A DNA stretch of 64,000 nt from Squalus acanthias (lineage: Eukaryota), in the NCBI GenBank assembly GCA_030390025.1, contig CM059432.1, forward strand, positions 64,048,001 through 64,112,000, in the 5' to 3' direction. The translations under genes were made by a program, and so were the position numbers. Of the stretch, positions 24,332 through 36,945 are shown piece after piece. The notes under the pieces are model-generated. The model was not told where the DNA came from. It worked only from the letters and a program-made list of their open reading frames with translations, and searched no databases. Position 1 is the first letter of the stretch; every line of letters starts with the position of its first letter.

Positions 24332-24994
24332 ATAGCAAAATACTGCGGATGCTGGAAATCTGAAATAACAACAGAAAACGCTGGAAAAACTCAGCAGGCC
24401 AGGCAGCATCCGTGGAGAGAGAAAGAGAGTTAACGTTTCAGGTCGATGACCTTTCATCAGAACTGTGAAGAGCCGGAAATCAAATAGATTTAAGGCCAGA
24501 GTAAAGCTGGGAAAAGGGGGAGGGGATAAAAGAACAAAGGGGGAGATGAAGAGACATTAAGAGACATTAAGAGATATGCAAGGCGGTGTAAATGTGACAG
24601 ATTAAGGCTGAAAGAAGTGTGAAATCCACTGGCAGAATGAAGGACAGCTGCCAGCTTCTAGGAGGAAAAAAAAGGTGGGGGGGGCAAATAAAAGGGTGGA
24701 AAAAATAAAATATAAATGTGATTGGAGCTGAGGTTATGATCTAAAATTGTTGAACTCGATATTGAGTCCAGAGGGCTGTAGCGTGCCTAAACGAAAGATG
24801 AGGTGCTGTTCCTCGAGCTTACGCTGCGCTTCCATGGAACAGTGTAATAGGCCGAGGACGGTGAGGTCAGAGTGGGAGTGAAGCGGTGAATTAAAGTGAC
24901 AGGCCACCGGGAGCTCGGGGTCCCCCTTACGGACTGAACGGAGGTGTTCCGCAAAACGGTCACCCAATCTGCGTTTGGTCTCCCCAATGTAGAG
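24332..24994 (-). mobile_element. Penelope-like retroelement 3' end: GIY-YIG endonuclease fragment plus terminal repeat
   Basis: YIGETKRRLGDRFAEH..PVACHFN..EQHLIFRLGTLQPSGLN (24734-24994), followed by a terminal repeat with a hammerhead motif. Confidence 0.9.
24428..24464 (-). ncRNA. Minimal type I hammerhead ribozyme motif (Penelope-associated)
   Basis: Minus strand reads AGTT-CTGATGA-A-AGGTC-ATC-GACCT-GAAACGTT-AACT: core boxes, 5-bp stem II, 4-bp stem I and palindromic ACGT stem III. Confidence 0.75.
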
Positions 24995-25570
24995 GATATA
25001 GACTGGGAAAGTAACAGCATAAAGGGCAAAATGGGGGAGGAATTCCTGAAATGTGAACAAGAGAACTTTTATGATCAGTATGTTTCCAGCCCAATGAGGA
25101 AGGAAGCAGTGCTGGATCTAGTTCTGGGGAATGAAGTGGGGCAAGTGAAATATGATTCAGTGGGACAGCATTTGGGAAACAGTGATCACAATATCATTAG
25201 ATTTAAAGAGGTTATGGAAAAGGACAAGGTAAACTCAAATGTGAAAATATTCAACTGGAGTAGAACTAATTTCAGTGAGTTGAAAAGGGATCTGGCCCAG
25301 GTGGATTGGAATCAAAGACTGACAGGTAAATCAGTAAATGGGCAATGGGAGGCCTTCAAAGAGGAGAGAGTTCAGGCACAGACTAGACACATTTTCACAG
25401 GGGGAAAGGAAGGGCATCCAAAGCTAGAGCTCCCTGGATGACTAAACATATAAAAATTAAAATGAAACAGAAAAAGGAGGCTCATGATAAATGGTGGGTT
25501 CATAATTCAGTGGAGAACCAAGCTGAATACAAAAAGTACAGAGGAGAACTGAAAAAAGAAATAAGAGAGC
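24995..25570 (+). mobile_element. CR1 endonuclease-region fragment
   Basis: IDW..FLKC..DQYVSSP.RKEAVLDLVL.N..LGNSDHNIIRF (APE C-terminal motifs). Confidence 0.85.
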
Positions 25571-27654
25571 AAAGCGTATCCGTTTGCTGCATGCTCGCTT
25601 TTCAGAGCAAGCTTAGGACCCAGCGCAAAGGTCCAAATTTGCAGAGCGTGGCGTTAAGTTGGTGTTGCATGCCGTCTGACGTCCCGCTCTCCATATTTGC
25701 CTGTCCAGGACAAGCGCTGCTATCAGCAGTTCTATGGTCCTCACCAAAATGGCGGCCACCGAGTCCTGTGCCAGAGGCGAGCGTTAGAGTGGCGGCTGCC
25801 TTTTTGTTCAGGATTCCAGCGCTAACAGGTGGAGGTAAGCAGCCCAATTTCTGGGCCTATGATTTTATCTGTGATTCTAGGTTTCCTGACATACAGGGAT
25901 GCACCATTTCACTAACACTCTGCTCTATCTGTTCAGAACACTCTACACCCAGTATGTTATTGGGCCAAATGGCCTTTTCTTGTCCTTGACATTTCTTGCA
26001 TTCTTTCTCATGACACTGCTTGTTTGTACAATATGTTGCTCTTTCTGGTTGAATGGAAGTGTTTGTGGACTGATGTTGTCCTTATTCCGATCAACCTACG
26101 AATGCAGTTTTAATCAACTTTCATTGATTATTGGTTAGTCTTGTGCAACACAACTCTAAACATCAGCACAAATTACATCAGTTGACAATTGTTTTACTCT
26201 ACCGATTTGTGTATTATTAGCTATTTTTCTGTTCACTCTGCTGATAGTCCAATTGATTTCAACTACCTCATTTATTCTGGAAAGCCCTTTAGCCTTTTGT
26301 TTTATTATTTGACCTGACAATTAATTTATAAACTAAATAGTTTCTGCCATTTGCTCTGCCATTCAGCAAGAAAAAGAGCTTTCCCTCTGAGCTCCTTTAG
26401 TGTTTTTTTAACTGTCCTTTTTAACCAACAATCTTCTTGGTTCAAAAATGTACCAACCATTCATTTTTCTGTAGCTGTGTTAAGAGCAGTTTGATGCTCC
26501 GTGTTGTAGCATGTTTGGGTCTCTGCCAATGAGCACCTGTTTGGATTGCACTTCTTCAGCTACCCTCCTTTGCTGAGCTGCTACCTTATTCTCCACAATC
26601 AGAAATAAATTCCCTAGACAAAGTTCAAATAGTGGATTGAATTTATTCACGTAATTTGTGTCACATGTCAGTGACGTTTGTGTCTTTTCCATGGTATTTC
26701 CCTTTAGTGACTTCTAATCTTTAACATGTGACTATTCAGTAATTCCCCAGTGGAAGGAGTAAATGTGCTGGTTGACTGGCTGCTGAGTTTCACTGAGAGC
26801 AGTGGCCTTGTTTGCACTGCTTCTTGTGATAGGCCGACAGTTCATTTAACCATTGCTGGATGGTCCTGCCCACTTTCTGGCACATCTACTTGTGCAGGTA
26901 GGCTGGATAGACCAAATGTGGCAGTCTCCTGAGAAACAACAGCATTATTCATGCTTACTCCAGCTGAGGGCACTTACTCTAGCTGATCTGTGTGTGAGCA
27001 GCAATGAGATCTGTGCAGTTCTGTCTCATGGCTCGGTCCATCCAAACCTCCAGAATATTTAACACAGACAAGACAACCTCTTGTACATTGGAACCCAACA
27101 GCAGCTGAGCATTCACAAAAGGTACTCTGAGTGGCCTTAGGATCTATGTCACTGAGAGTTCCACAGCATATGGACCTGCAGTTGCTAAGCGTTCCATGGG
27201 TAAGCTGCAGTACTGAGAAGTCTTCCTACATGACTGGAGAGATGTGGCTAGTGCACTCCTTCATATTACTAGCCAGGTCTTGCAGGGTACATTTTGAACA
27301 ACAGCAACAACAATCACTGCCACTATTGTTACAGTGCTTCTCGTGTGCAGGAAGGTGGCTGAAAGCACTTGACAGATTAAGAAGTCAAGAAACATTAGAT
27401 TTTGGGCAGGAGGAGAAAAAGGAGAGATAGGCTTTGTGATCAAAGCCACATCAAAGAGAAAAAAATTGAGAACGTTTTTGAAAGTACGGAAGGAGGTGGC
27501 AATGGGAGTTGGACAGGGAGTTCCTGAAGGCAGTAGTGTAGTGCCTGAATGAGCAACTGCCAATAGTGGAGTAGAGGGAGCATGGGTTAAGGACAGGCCT
27601 GATATTAGAGGTATGGAGAAAGCCGGTATATCATGGTATATTGCAAATTTAGCT

Positions 27655-27980
27655 CTGTAACATCCTCCAACCCTTCAACCCTCCAAGATCTCTGTGCTCC
27701 TCCAGTTCTGGCCTCTTACGCATCCCCGATTTTAATCACTCCACCATTGGTGGCCGTGCCTTCAGCTGCCATGGCCCTTAGCTCTAGTTCCCTCCCTAAA
27801 CCTCTCTGCCTCCTTACCTCTCTCTCCTCCTTTAAGATGCACCTTAAAATCTACCTCTTTGACCAAGCTTTTGATCTCCTGTCCTACTATTTCCTTATGT
27901 GGCTCGGTGTCAAATTTTGTTTGATAACGGTCCTGTGAAGTGCCTTGGGTCATTTTATTATGTTAAAGGTGTTATATAGA
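27655..27980 (+). mobile_element. L2 LINE 3' fragment
   Basis: Similar to 16200-16540, with a (TTG)n tail. Confidence 0.85.
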
Positions 27981-28284
27981 TGCAAGTTGTTGTTGTTGTA
28001 TAAAATTTTTCTCATATATTTCGGTACATCTGTATATTTCCTTTGGACTGTTTTATTGAACTTCAATGTAGAGCAATCTCATGTAAACTCTATTCTATTT
28101 GAACCTGTCTTCAACAACAGCATCAATATCTGTGGGAGTGTTATAGAATTACTCGTTGATCTCCTGTGGAATTCCACATGGGAATTCAAGAACAAGTGCA
28201 GTATTCTGTTGAAGTGGGATTAGAGGGTGTGGGATAATTGGACCAGGGTAAGCAGACTTAATTCAACCACCATTTTGCTGTGGG

Positions 28285-28680
28285 TTAGAACATTGACTGA
28301 CCTCTGAGATCTGGCTTTGAATCCAGCCTGATGGGGTGAAGGTTACCTCTCCCTCTGTCAGCCGTGAGGGTCCAGTGTAAATTATTTGAATTGTCTCAAC
28401 CCAGGTCCTAATGGGCGTAGGCTCACAGCACCGAAAATCAGTCCCTGCATTGTCACTAATTGACTCTTGCAATCATAAGATCACAAGGTCATCATCCTTG
28501 GTTACAAGGATGGTGAATGTAGAAAGGATGCGGCTGCTGCCAATGAACTGGAAGCTGCGTCGAAGCATTCTGTTGGGCTAAGGTACCTTTTTAAGGCAGA
28601 GTAGAGTGAGCTGGAGATGGCTGTGCTACAGCTGATTTAGAAGAGCTGGTTTTTTAAGCTGGATACTGAAAATGGTCCAT
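28285..28680 (+). mobile_element. Ancient SINE resembling LF-SINE
   Basis: B-box-like TTGAATCCAGCC followed by GTCTCAACCCAGGTCCTAATGG and CACTAATTGAC blocks that resemble the LF-SINE consensus as I recall it. Not verified by alignment. Confidence 0.45.
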
Positions 28681-29084
28681 TTTGATGCACAGAAAAATAT
28701 ACCCAAAAAATATCAATAGTCTGAGATTGACAGTTGTCACTGGACATTCAATTTTGTATCTGTCAGAGAAAACTTGCAGAGACAAAATAATGTTGATAAG
28801 TGTAGAAGAGAAAGTGAGAAAATAAAAACAGATAGAGAAGGCAAGTGCTGGTAGTCTGTTTGAACAGAGGCTGATTTAATCTGACTGAGTTTGACAGCAG
28901 CAGACATTTGAGTGACAGCAGGTGTTAAAAGCATGTTATTAACTAATATCTCATAAACATAGGCCCTTATGATGCTCAATTCAGGCTGCAGAATTTGAAA
29001 CATGAGCCAATATAAAATGGGAAATATTCATTAAAAGCCTCTGAAGTTTTTATCACATCCATTTTCTCAAAGCTCATTTTCTCA

Positions 29085-29157
29085 GAACATAGGAACAGGA
29101 ATAGCCCATTTAGCCCCTCGAGCCTGTTCCACCATTCAATGAGATCATGGCTGATCA
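29085..29157 (-). mobile_element. CR1 extreme 3' tail
   Basis: GCCCCTCGAGCCTGTTCCACCATTCAATGAGATCATGGCTGATC matches other CR1 tails in the window. Confidence 0.8.
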
Positions 29158-29789
29158 ATACTGTCAGTCTGTATGCAGTACAATTGTAACCTCATGCATT
29201 AAGAAGGAGAAATGAACCGTCAGGAAGCTACCTTATCATTTAATGCATTCAAGTGTTAAAGCAATATCCACTTTTAAATACATTATAAAAAATGGTCTCT
29301 GTAAACCTACATTCTCATTTCCTCTTGTTTTGTGTGAACCACGTCTATTAATATATCCAACAGATAGGCTTACTCTGCACTTTGTTTCCTATAAACCTGT
29401 ACTTGGAGCTGATCCTATAAATAACATTAATTCTCACTCCTCATAGGAAGGATACATGCAATACTAATACATTGAGGTCTAAAACAACAACTGCAATTCG
29501 AAAGATAAAAATGCACTTGTACAGAGGGCAACTTATTAAATATTAACAACAAGGAGAGATTGGTAAAAGGGATGTTTTATTGATTTTTCCTTCCCCTCCT
29601 ATTGTATTTCCTTTTCTCGTTTTTCAGTGCCTTTGTGCAACAAACTTTTTTTTTGACTGTGGGGTCAGACAGGCGATCCTGAATTCTTCGAGTACCCATT
29701 CGGGGTAAGGTTCTTCAAGGTGTGTTGAAGTTACAGAAGTTGATCAATTTATGCTTGACGTAGCTTGCATTTAAAATTCTGTGATTCTT

Positions 29790-30540
29790 TTGTGCTGGTT
29801 TGGCTGATTTCATCTGGAAAACCAGCGCAAAGTAATCGAAATTCTAAGCTCGAGAGTTTACCATGTTGGCATCTGTGGGGATGAGCTGCAGCAATCTTTA
29901 ATGCTAGCTTAAAAAATATTGTGCTGGAAGCTGGCCCTGCCCACACAAGTGAGCATGCCCCCAGATTGAAATAAAAAAATGTCCCACATTACAACAGTGA
30001 CTACACTTCAAAAGTACTTCATTGGCTGTAAAGCGCTTTGGGACGTCCTGAAGTCATGAAAGGTGCGACAGAAATGCAAGTCTTTCTTTTTTGATGAGCA
30101 TGGCGAGTTTCTGCTGATTGCGCCAGTTGTTCAAGGAGGCTATTCAAATGGAGCTCGTTTTTTAGGTGCACAAGCACTAGTAGGCATGTTTTAAAAGTTT
30201 TTACATATTAAAACATTTATTTTACTAAGAAAGTGACTAGTATACACCAATGAAACTAGCAAATGGTTCAGTATACTTTTTTTTAAGTCATTTTCAGTGA
30301 ATTAAAATCAGGTTACTCACAGGTGAAAGGCTAGACACTTATTAAAAATGCTTATTTTTTGTGAAAAACCCATCACTCTTAAGTGATGTTTTCAATCAGT
30401 TATTGGTGCTAGACATTGCAATGTGCACAACTGTTTCTAGAAATATTTCAGATATTGTTCGACTCATTCCTTTAGCTCGATATTATACCAGTGTCGTGTA
30501 AGTTTGGCCGCACTGGTATTAACTTAAAATTTCTGCCTAG
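29790..30540. mobile_element. Non-autonomous DNA-transposon-like repeat (reverse-orientation relative of 51780-52605), with a Deu-SINE tail inserted at about 29980-30092
   Basis: 30170-30370 is the reverse complement of about 52150-52340 (ACTAGTAGGCA, GGTTACTCACAGGTG, AATGCTTATTTTT blocks). Confidence 0.6.
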
Positions 30541-31503
30541 GTATTATTTTTCACAATCCTCTTTAACTTTATTGTGTTGGAATCTGTGTAGTTAGCATAA
30601 CAATTGCCGTGAGTTCCAAAAAGAAAATTAAAACCTCCTTTCTGCAGCTTCAACCATCATTGACAATGTTTCTTTAGCACTAACACCTACAATAATTGCA
30701 TTAGCAACCAGCTTTCTTCAGAATTAGGATTATGCCTGAGATGTGGGCAGATGGTAATTCTGTGGAGGGGGTGATGACATTTCAATGTTGGTTTTACACC
30801 CAAATCCTGCGCAAAATCTGGGACTGAAAACGCTATGGAAGCAACATCATATAAATCGAGCTGTAATACTTATTAGAAATCAAACATGTTCATTAGTCTC
30901 CAGATAATATGAAGTGGGAATTCTGTTTCCCCTAAAGACCCTTTGAATTATCAGGCATTTCATTAAATGATAATTTTACTGCTCATTGTGATGTAAATGG
31001 CAGCAGTAATCAGATATAAACTGCTGTGATTTTTATTTTAAGTAGAATGGTGAAGTGAGGCTTCTGTTAATCAGTTTCAAAGACACATTACATTCTTGAG
31101 TCTGGTGTAATGAGAAAAATCATGCTGACTCAGTCTGTCGAATGATATTTTGATAGTCCCTGGAAGGAGGCTCTTTAAAAAATTTTTAGGGCTGTTTTAT
31201 TAATTCTTTTTGTCATGCAAAATGCTCATCACCACCACAGTGATTATTTTGAATGCACTTGTACTATCCAGTGTGATTGTATGTTGAGATTTTTAATCTA
31301 CATTTACCATCTATTCATCTACGTGATCTGCCACCAAAACAACTTAAAAATACTCCCCCGTATTTTAATCAAAAAATGCAAATTTCTTCCTCTCATTAGA
31401 CTCTGAGATCCTTTTAAGAATGACCTTTAGTCCTATGTATGGAAGAAGGTATCTTTTATTTCATTTTAAGAAAAATGTTATTTTAGGATTTTCAGAAAAC
31501 TTA

Positions 31504-31822
31504 GGGGGAAAAATTGGGTCGCGCCCCCTTTGGGGCTACTTTTAGTGCCCCGAAAAAATTAATGCCCCCGCACCCGAAATTCACTGGTAGCGCCTCAAGA
31601 GGGAGGCGGGGTGCTACTGAAAGCACCCCACCTCCCTCTTGGGGCGCTGTGAGTGAATATCACGGCGCTATATGGCGCTGCGGCACGTTGCGCTGCGGTA
31701 CTGCAGGTCTGCCCCTTATTAAAGGGGAGGGGCCTAGTGCAGTGTGACCCGGGGCCCAGCTGGGCCACCAGGGATCGGAGTGCCGGCAAAAAAGCCCGGC
31801 ACTCAAGAGAAGTGCCAGGCTC
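31504..31822. mobile_element. Truncated copy of the 1239-1876 MITE
   Basis: Starts TTA|GGGGGAAAAATTGGGTC and stays colinear with 1238-1515. TTA flank is typical of Harbinger target sites. Confidence 0.8.
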
Positions 31823-32674
31823 ACTGAACCATGATATGTAGGAGGGTGCAACTTGTAATACGATAACATTTGTTGATGACAAGAAGGGTATAAGAGAGAC
31901 TGATGTCATTTAAATGACTTTGGATCAATTAAACAAAGAATTACCAGGTGGATTTGTAACCCTTTAGGTGCCCATTCTGGTTGCTGATGAAATGACTCAT
32001 TGAGCAGCTAAATCAACTAACATTGCATCCAAAAAACTTCACAGATCTGACTGCCGGCACACGATAAAGATAAACTAGAGTGTCCTGAACCTTGATTGTC
32101 TAAAAGATTTGCCTTTTGGAGTTGTTTTTCAGCCAAACAGAGGCCAGTATTTGACTGTGTGGGACGGAGGGTGGGGACCTCAGGAGCACAAGAAAATCTA
32201 AACAGTGAATGCAGAATTAGCTGACAGAGGCACAAAACTGATGAACCATGGGCAAGATTAGGAGGTTTTCTTTTGTTTGCCAGAGAGTACTGCATATGTG
32301 GAATCGATTCCCAGTGAAAGCAAATAATACGGTGTTGATTGCACTTTTAAAAATTGTTGCATGAATATCTGATTTGGAACAGCATTGATAGTTATGAGGA
32401 TAAATATTGATACAGATGGTTGGACGTTGTGAGGAGCACGGTGGTCCCTGAGCTGCTGAGATCTTGGAAATGCTGCATCAAAGAAGAAAAATGGTCAGGG
32501 TGTACGGTCAGACGCCCTGAGTTAACAATTGCCCTACTTGCAGTAATCTGTTTACTGGATTAAATTTTGTCTTGCACTATGTTACCACTCGGTCCCTTCA
32601 GAATTGCAGATATTAAACACAAGGTAGGTTTTCAGAATAGAACAGCGAAGGTATTTATTTAACTAGATGTCTGC

Positions 32675-32870
32675 CTTGATTCAGTAATAGCGCTCTTGCC
32701 TCTGAGTCAGAAGATACTGGGTTCAAGTCCCACTGCAGTGACTGGAGGCTGACACTCAATGTAGTACTGAGGGAGTGACTGCTCTTCAAAAGTACTTCAT
32801 TGGGTGTAAAACACTTTGGGATGTCCAGGGATTATGAAAGGTGCTATATAAATGCAAGTTCTTTCTTTCT
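32675..32870 (+). mobile_element. Deu-domain SINE (SacSINE-like), internally deleted
   Basis: tRNA-like head (CTCTTGCCTCTGAGTCAGAAG..GGTTCAAGTCCC) joined to the tail CAAAAGTACTTCATTGG..CTATATAAATGCAAG. Confidence 0.7.
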
Positions 32871-33219
32871 CAACCACCCTAGGTTCCATGATTATTTTGG
32901 CTGCTTATCAGAATTCAAGTCATGAATCAAGCAGAATGTTTAACAATGTGAAGGCTGAGGCCATCCTGATTGGCTCCCACCAGAAAAAATGGGGTAATTT
33001 TTTGTTTTGACCACATGAACAGTAATCCGGTGGAGCAGATCCTCCGCATGCCCTTTATAGAACTCGTTCAATTTCTATTCTATAACAGACATGTGAACCA
33101 TGGCAGTAGGCCTGGGGTAGCAGCAAGAATGCACCAAATGAAGGGATAAGGCTTTGTAGAGGTTTCCTCTCTCTCCAACTCTCTGGCATGCCTTACCTGC
33201 TGAAGGCCTCAGTCTTACA

Positions 33220-33745
33220 ACAGGAGTAGGGCATTTAGCCCCTCGAGCCTGCTCCGCCATTCAATTAGATCATGGCTGATCTGTACATCAACTCCAATCT
33301 GAGCACATACTCCTTATCCCCACTCTCTTACCTCACAAAAAATTTCCAACCCAAGTCAAAAGGTTACCTCTAATTCTGTGCACTCTCATTTCATTTGTGC
33401 CAATAATCTTTTGTGTGGAATCTTATCGAATGCCTTCTGTAATTCCATGTAGATAACATCCATTGACACTCCTTTCTCCACCTTATTAGTGACCTGCTCA
33501 AAAGATTCAACTAGACTAGTCAGACATGATTTACCATTAACAAAGCCATTCTGAGTCTCTCTGATCAGCTCATATTTGCTCAAGTGCTCAGTAACTCTAT
33601 CCTTAATGACAGATTCTAAAAGCTTCCCCACAACTGATAGGCCTGTAGTTACCTGGTTTCTCTCTCCCAACCTTTCTTTCTTTAAATAATGGAGTGACAT
33701 TCGCAATTTTCCAGACTAACCTCGCAATTCCTGAATCAAGCAATG
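33220..33745 (-). mobile_element. CR1 remnant with a large internal deletion
   Basis: 3' tail at 33220-33330 lies next to the RT segment VVGKLLESVIKD..KAFDKIPH. Confidence 0.8.
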
Positions 33746-33835
33746 GGCAGAAGTCTTGCTTCCGCAAAGCAACTTCAGGGCAACTGGTCTTATGGATTTT
33801 TGGGCCTCAGTGTTGGTAAAGACGACCACTACACT

Positions 33836-34259
33836 TAGAATCATAGACTAGTACAGCACAGAAAGAGGCCATTCGGTCAATCGAGTCTGTGCTGGCTCTT
33901 ATGAAGAGCAATCCAGTTAGTCCCACTCACTTGCTCTTTCCCCATATCCCTGCAATTTTTTCTCCTTCAAGTATTTATCCAATTCCATTTTGAAGGCTAC
34001 TATTGATTATGTATCCACCTCCCTATCAGGCAATGCATTCCAAATCCTAACCACTCGTTTGCATAAAAAGGTTTTTCTCATGACGCCTCTGGTTCTTTTG
34101 CCAATCACCTTAAATCTGTGCCCTCTCATTATCGACCCTTCAGCCATTGGAGGCATTTTCTCTTTATTTACTCTATCTAAACCCTTCATGATTTTAAACA
34201 CCTCTATTAAATCTCTTCTTAGCCTTCTCTGCTCCAAGGAGAACAATCTGAGCTTCTCT
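33836..34259 (-). mobile_element. CR1 3' fragment
   Basis: LFSLEQRRLRRDLIEVFK..RVVRIWNALP. Lies in tandem with the next copy. Confidence 0.85.
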
Positions 34260-34674
34260 AGAATCATAGAATGGTTACAGCACAAAAGAGGCCATTCGGC
34301 CTGTCGAGCCCGTGCCATCTCTCTGCAAGAACACTTCAACTAGTTCCACTCCCCCACCCTTTCCCCATAGCCCTGCAAATTTTTTTCCTTCAGGTAATTA
34401 TCCAACTCCATTTTGAAAGTCACGATTGAATCTGCCTCCACCACCCTTTCAGTCAGTGCATTCCCGATCCTAACCACTCGCTGCGTAAAAAAGTTTTTCC
34501 TGATGTTGCCTTTGGTTCTTCTGCCAATCACCTTAAATCTGCGTCCTCTGGTTCTCGACCCTTCCGCCAATGGGAACAGTTTCTCTCTATCTACTCTGTC
34601 TAGACCCCTCATGATTTTGAACACCTCTATCAAATCTCCTCTCAACCTTCTCTGCTCTAAGGAGAACAACCCCA

Positions 34675-35092
34675 GGGCGGCACGGTGGCATAGTGGTTAG
34701 CACTGGTGCCTCACAGCGCCAGGGACCCGGGATCGAATCCGGCCTCGGGTGACTGTCTGTGTGGAGTTTGCACATTCTCCCCGTGTCTGCGTGGGTTTCC
34801 TCCGGGTGCTCCGGTTTCCTCCCACAGTCCAAAAATGTGCGGGTTAGGTTGATTTGGCTATGATAAATTGACCCTTCGTGTTAGGGGGGGATTAAATATG
34901 TGGGGTTACAGGGATAGGATGGGATATGTGTCAGTGCAGGCTCGATGGGGATTCTGTGTGGGAAAGCAGGGACAGGGTACTGGATTTGGATGATCAGCCA
35001 TGATCGTATTGAATGGTGGAGCAGGCTCGACGGGCCGAATGGCCTACTCCTGCTCCTAGTTTCTATGTTTCTATGTTTCTATGTTTCTATGT
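34675..35092 (+). mobile_element. HE1-type V-SINE with a CR1-derived tail
   Basis: tRNA head GGGCGGCACGGTGGCATAGTGGTTAGCAC. V-domain TGTGTGGAGTTTGCACATTCTCCCCGTGTCTGCGTGGGTTTCCTCCGGGTGCTCCGGTTTCCTCCCAC. (TTCTATGT)n tail. Confidence 0.9.
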
Positions 35093-36009
35093 TTCTCCTG
35101 TCTATCCATGTAACTGAAGTCCCTCGTCCCTGGAACCATTCTTGTAAATCTTTTCTGCACATTCTTGAAGGCCGTCACACCCTTCCTAAAGTGCGATGCC
35201 CAGAATTGGACACAATACTCCAGTCGAGGCTGAACCAGTGTTTTATAAAGGTTCATCATAACTTCCTTGCTTTTAAGGGCTTGATTTTAATAGCCCTGAG
35301 GAGGTGGGTTTGGAGGCAGGTCTGTAGCGAAAATCGGAAAAAAGGCTTCAGACACCCAACCCGCCCCCACCCGATTTTCGTGAGTATCCCAAACTGACCC
35401 GACTGGAACCGGTGGGACAAGTAGTTAAGGCAGTTAACAGCCTGTTAACTGCTTTGCTAATCCTATTTTGATAGTGGTTTCCCATTTTTGTGCTTCTGGC
35501 TCCTGTTTCCCGACTTGTCAGAAACAGGCCGTGTTCAAGGAGACGAGCTGCTGGAGTACATAATTTGTATGCATTGGTGGAGCACTTTAAAAGCGCCCCT
35601 GAAACATGGCTGACATTCAAATGCTACAACTTTGCTGTTGTAGGTATGGGATAACATTTTGCACATCTACTGGCCTTGTTACTGTTCAAGCTGACACCCA
35701 TCTGCAGTGTGACATGAATGGAATAATTTCAGGCCACTTCGACTGTGCGCTTGCAAGCTCGTTGCCTCAAATGAAATCTATAGCAAGGGGATGGGAAACA
35801 TTTATGTCCTCTCATCCTGGTCCTCATAATCGGAGGAGCAGCAGCTGTGTGGCTCAGCACAGATCTTCCTGGAAAGAGGAGGAGGAGGAGGACAAGTGGC
35901 GCCTTGCATGCCCTGTTGTGACCAATGCAGCATCCCTCCAGTTCACTGCTGCCCATCAAGCAGGCTATGCACACTGCCATGCCACATTCGCATAAGCTTA
36001 CTCTTCAAG

Positions 36010-36945
36010 TATAGAAGCATAGAAGCATAGAAGATAGGAGCAGGAGTAGGCCATTCGGCCCCTCGAGCCTGCTCCGCCATTTAATGTGATCATGGCTGAT
36101 CATCCAAATTCAGTACCCTGTCCCTGCCTTCTCCCCATATCCCTTGATCCCTTTAGCCTTAAGAAATATATTTATCTCCTTCTTGAATATATTTAATGAA
36201 TTGGCCTCAACTGCCTTCTGTGGTAGAGAATTCCACAGGTTCACCACTCTCTGGGTGAAGAAATTCCTCCTCATCTCAGTCCTAAATGGCTTACCCCTTA
36301 TCCTTAGACTGTGACCTCTGGTTCTGGACTCCCCCCGCCATCGGGAACATCCTTCCTGCATCTAGTCTGTCTAGTCCTGTTAGAATTTTATAAGTTTCAA
36401 TGAGATCCCCTCTCATTCTTCTAAACTCTAGCGAATATAAGCCTAATCGACCCAATCTCTCTTCATACGTCATTCCTGCCATCCCAGGTATCAGTCTGGT
36501 AAATCTTTGCTGCACTCCCTCCATGGCAAGAACATCCTTCCTCAGATAAGGCGACCAAAACTGCACACAATACTCAAGGTGTGGTCTCACCAAGGCCTTG
36601 TACAACTGCAGCAAGACATCCTTGCTCCTGTACTCGAATCCTCTCGCTATGAAGGCCAACATACCATTTGCCTTCTTAACCGCCTGCTGCACCTGCATGC
36701 TTACCTTCAGTGACTGGTGCACAAGGACTCCCAGATCTCGTTGCACTTCCCCTTTTCCCAATCTATTGCCATTCAGATAATAATCTGTCTTCCTGTTTTT
36801 GCCATCAAAGTGGATAACCTCGCATTTATCCACATTATACTGCATCTGCCATGCATCTGCCCAATCACCCAACCTGTCCAAATCATACTGGAGTTTCTCT
36901 GCATCCTCCTCACAGCACACACACCCACCCAGCTTTGTGTCTACC
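36010..36945 (-). mobile_element. CR1 LINE 3' part (same subfamily as 3618-5560) nested in the Harbinger
   Basis: 218-aa ORF (36291-36947) nearly identical to the 3719-4550 region. Confidence 0.95.

Noticed and set aside
26200..26700. Minus-strand coding-like stretch (ORF 26480-26692)
   Set aside because: No frame gave a recognisable protein and there are no convincing splice sites. Possibly a very old TE relic.
34675..34750. tRNA gene
   Set aside because: tRNA-derived SINE head that continues into the V-domain, not a stand-alone tRNA.
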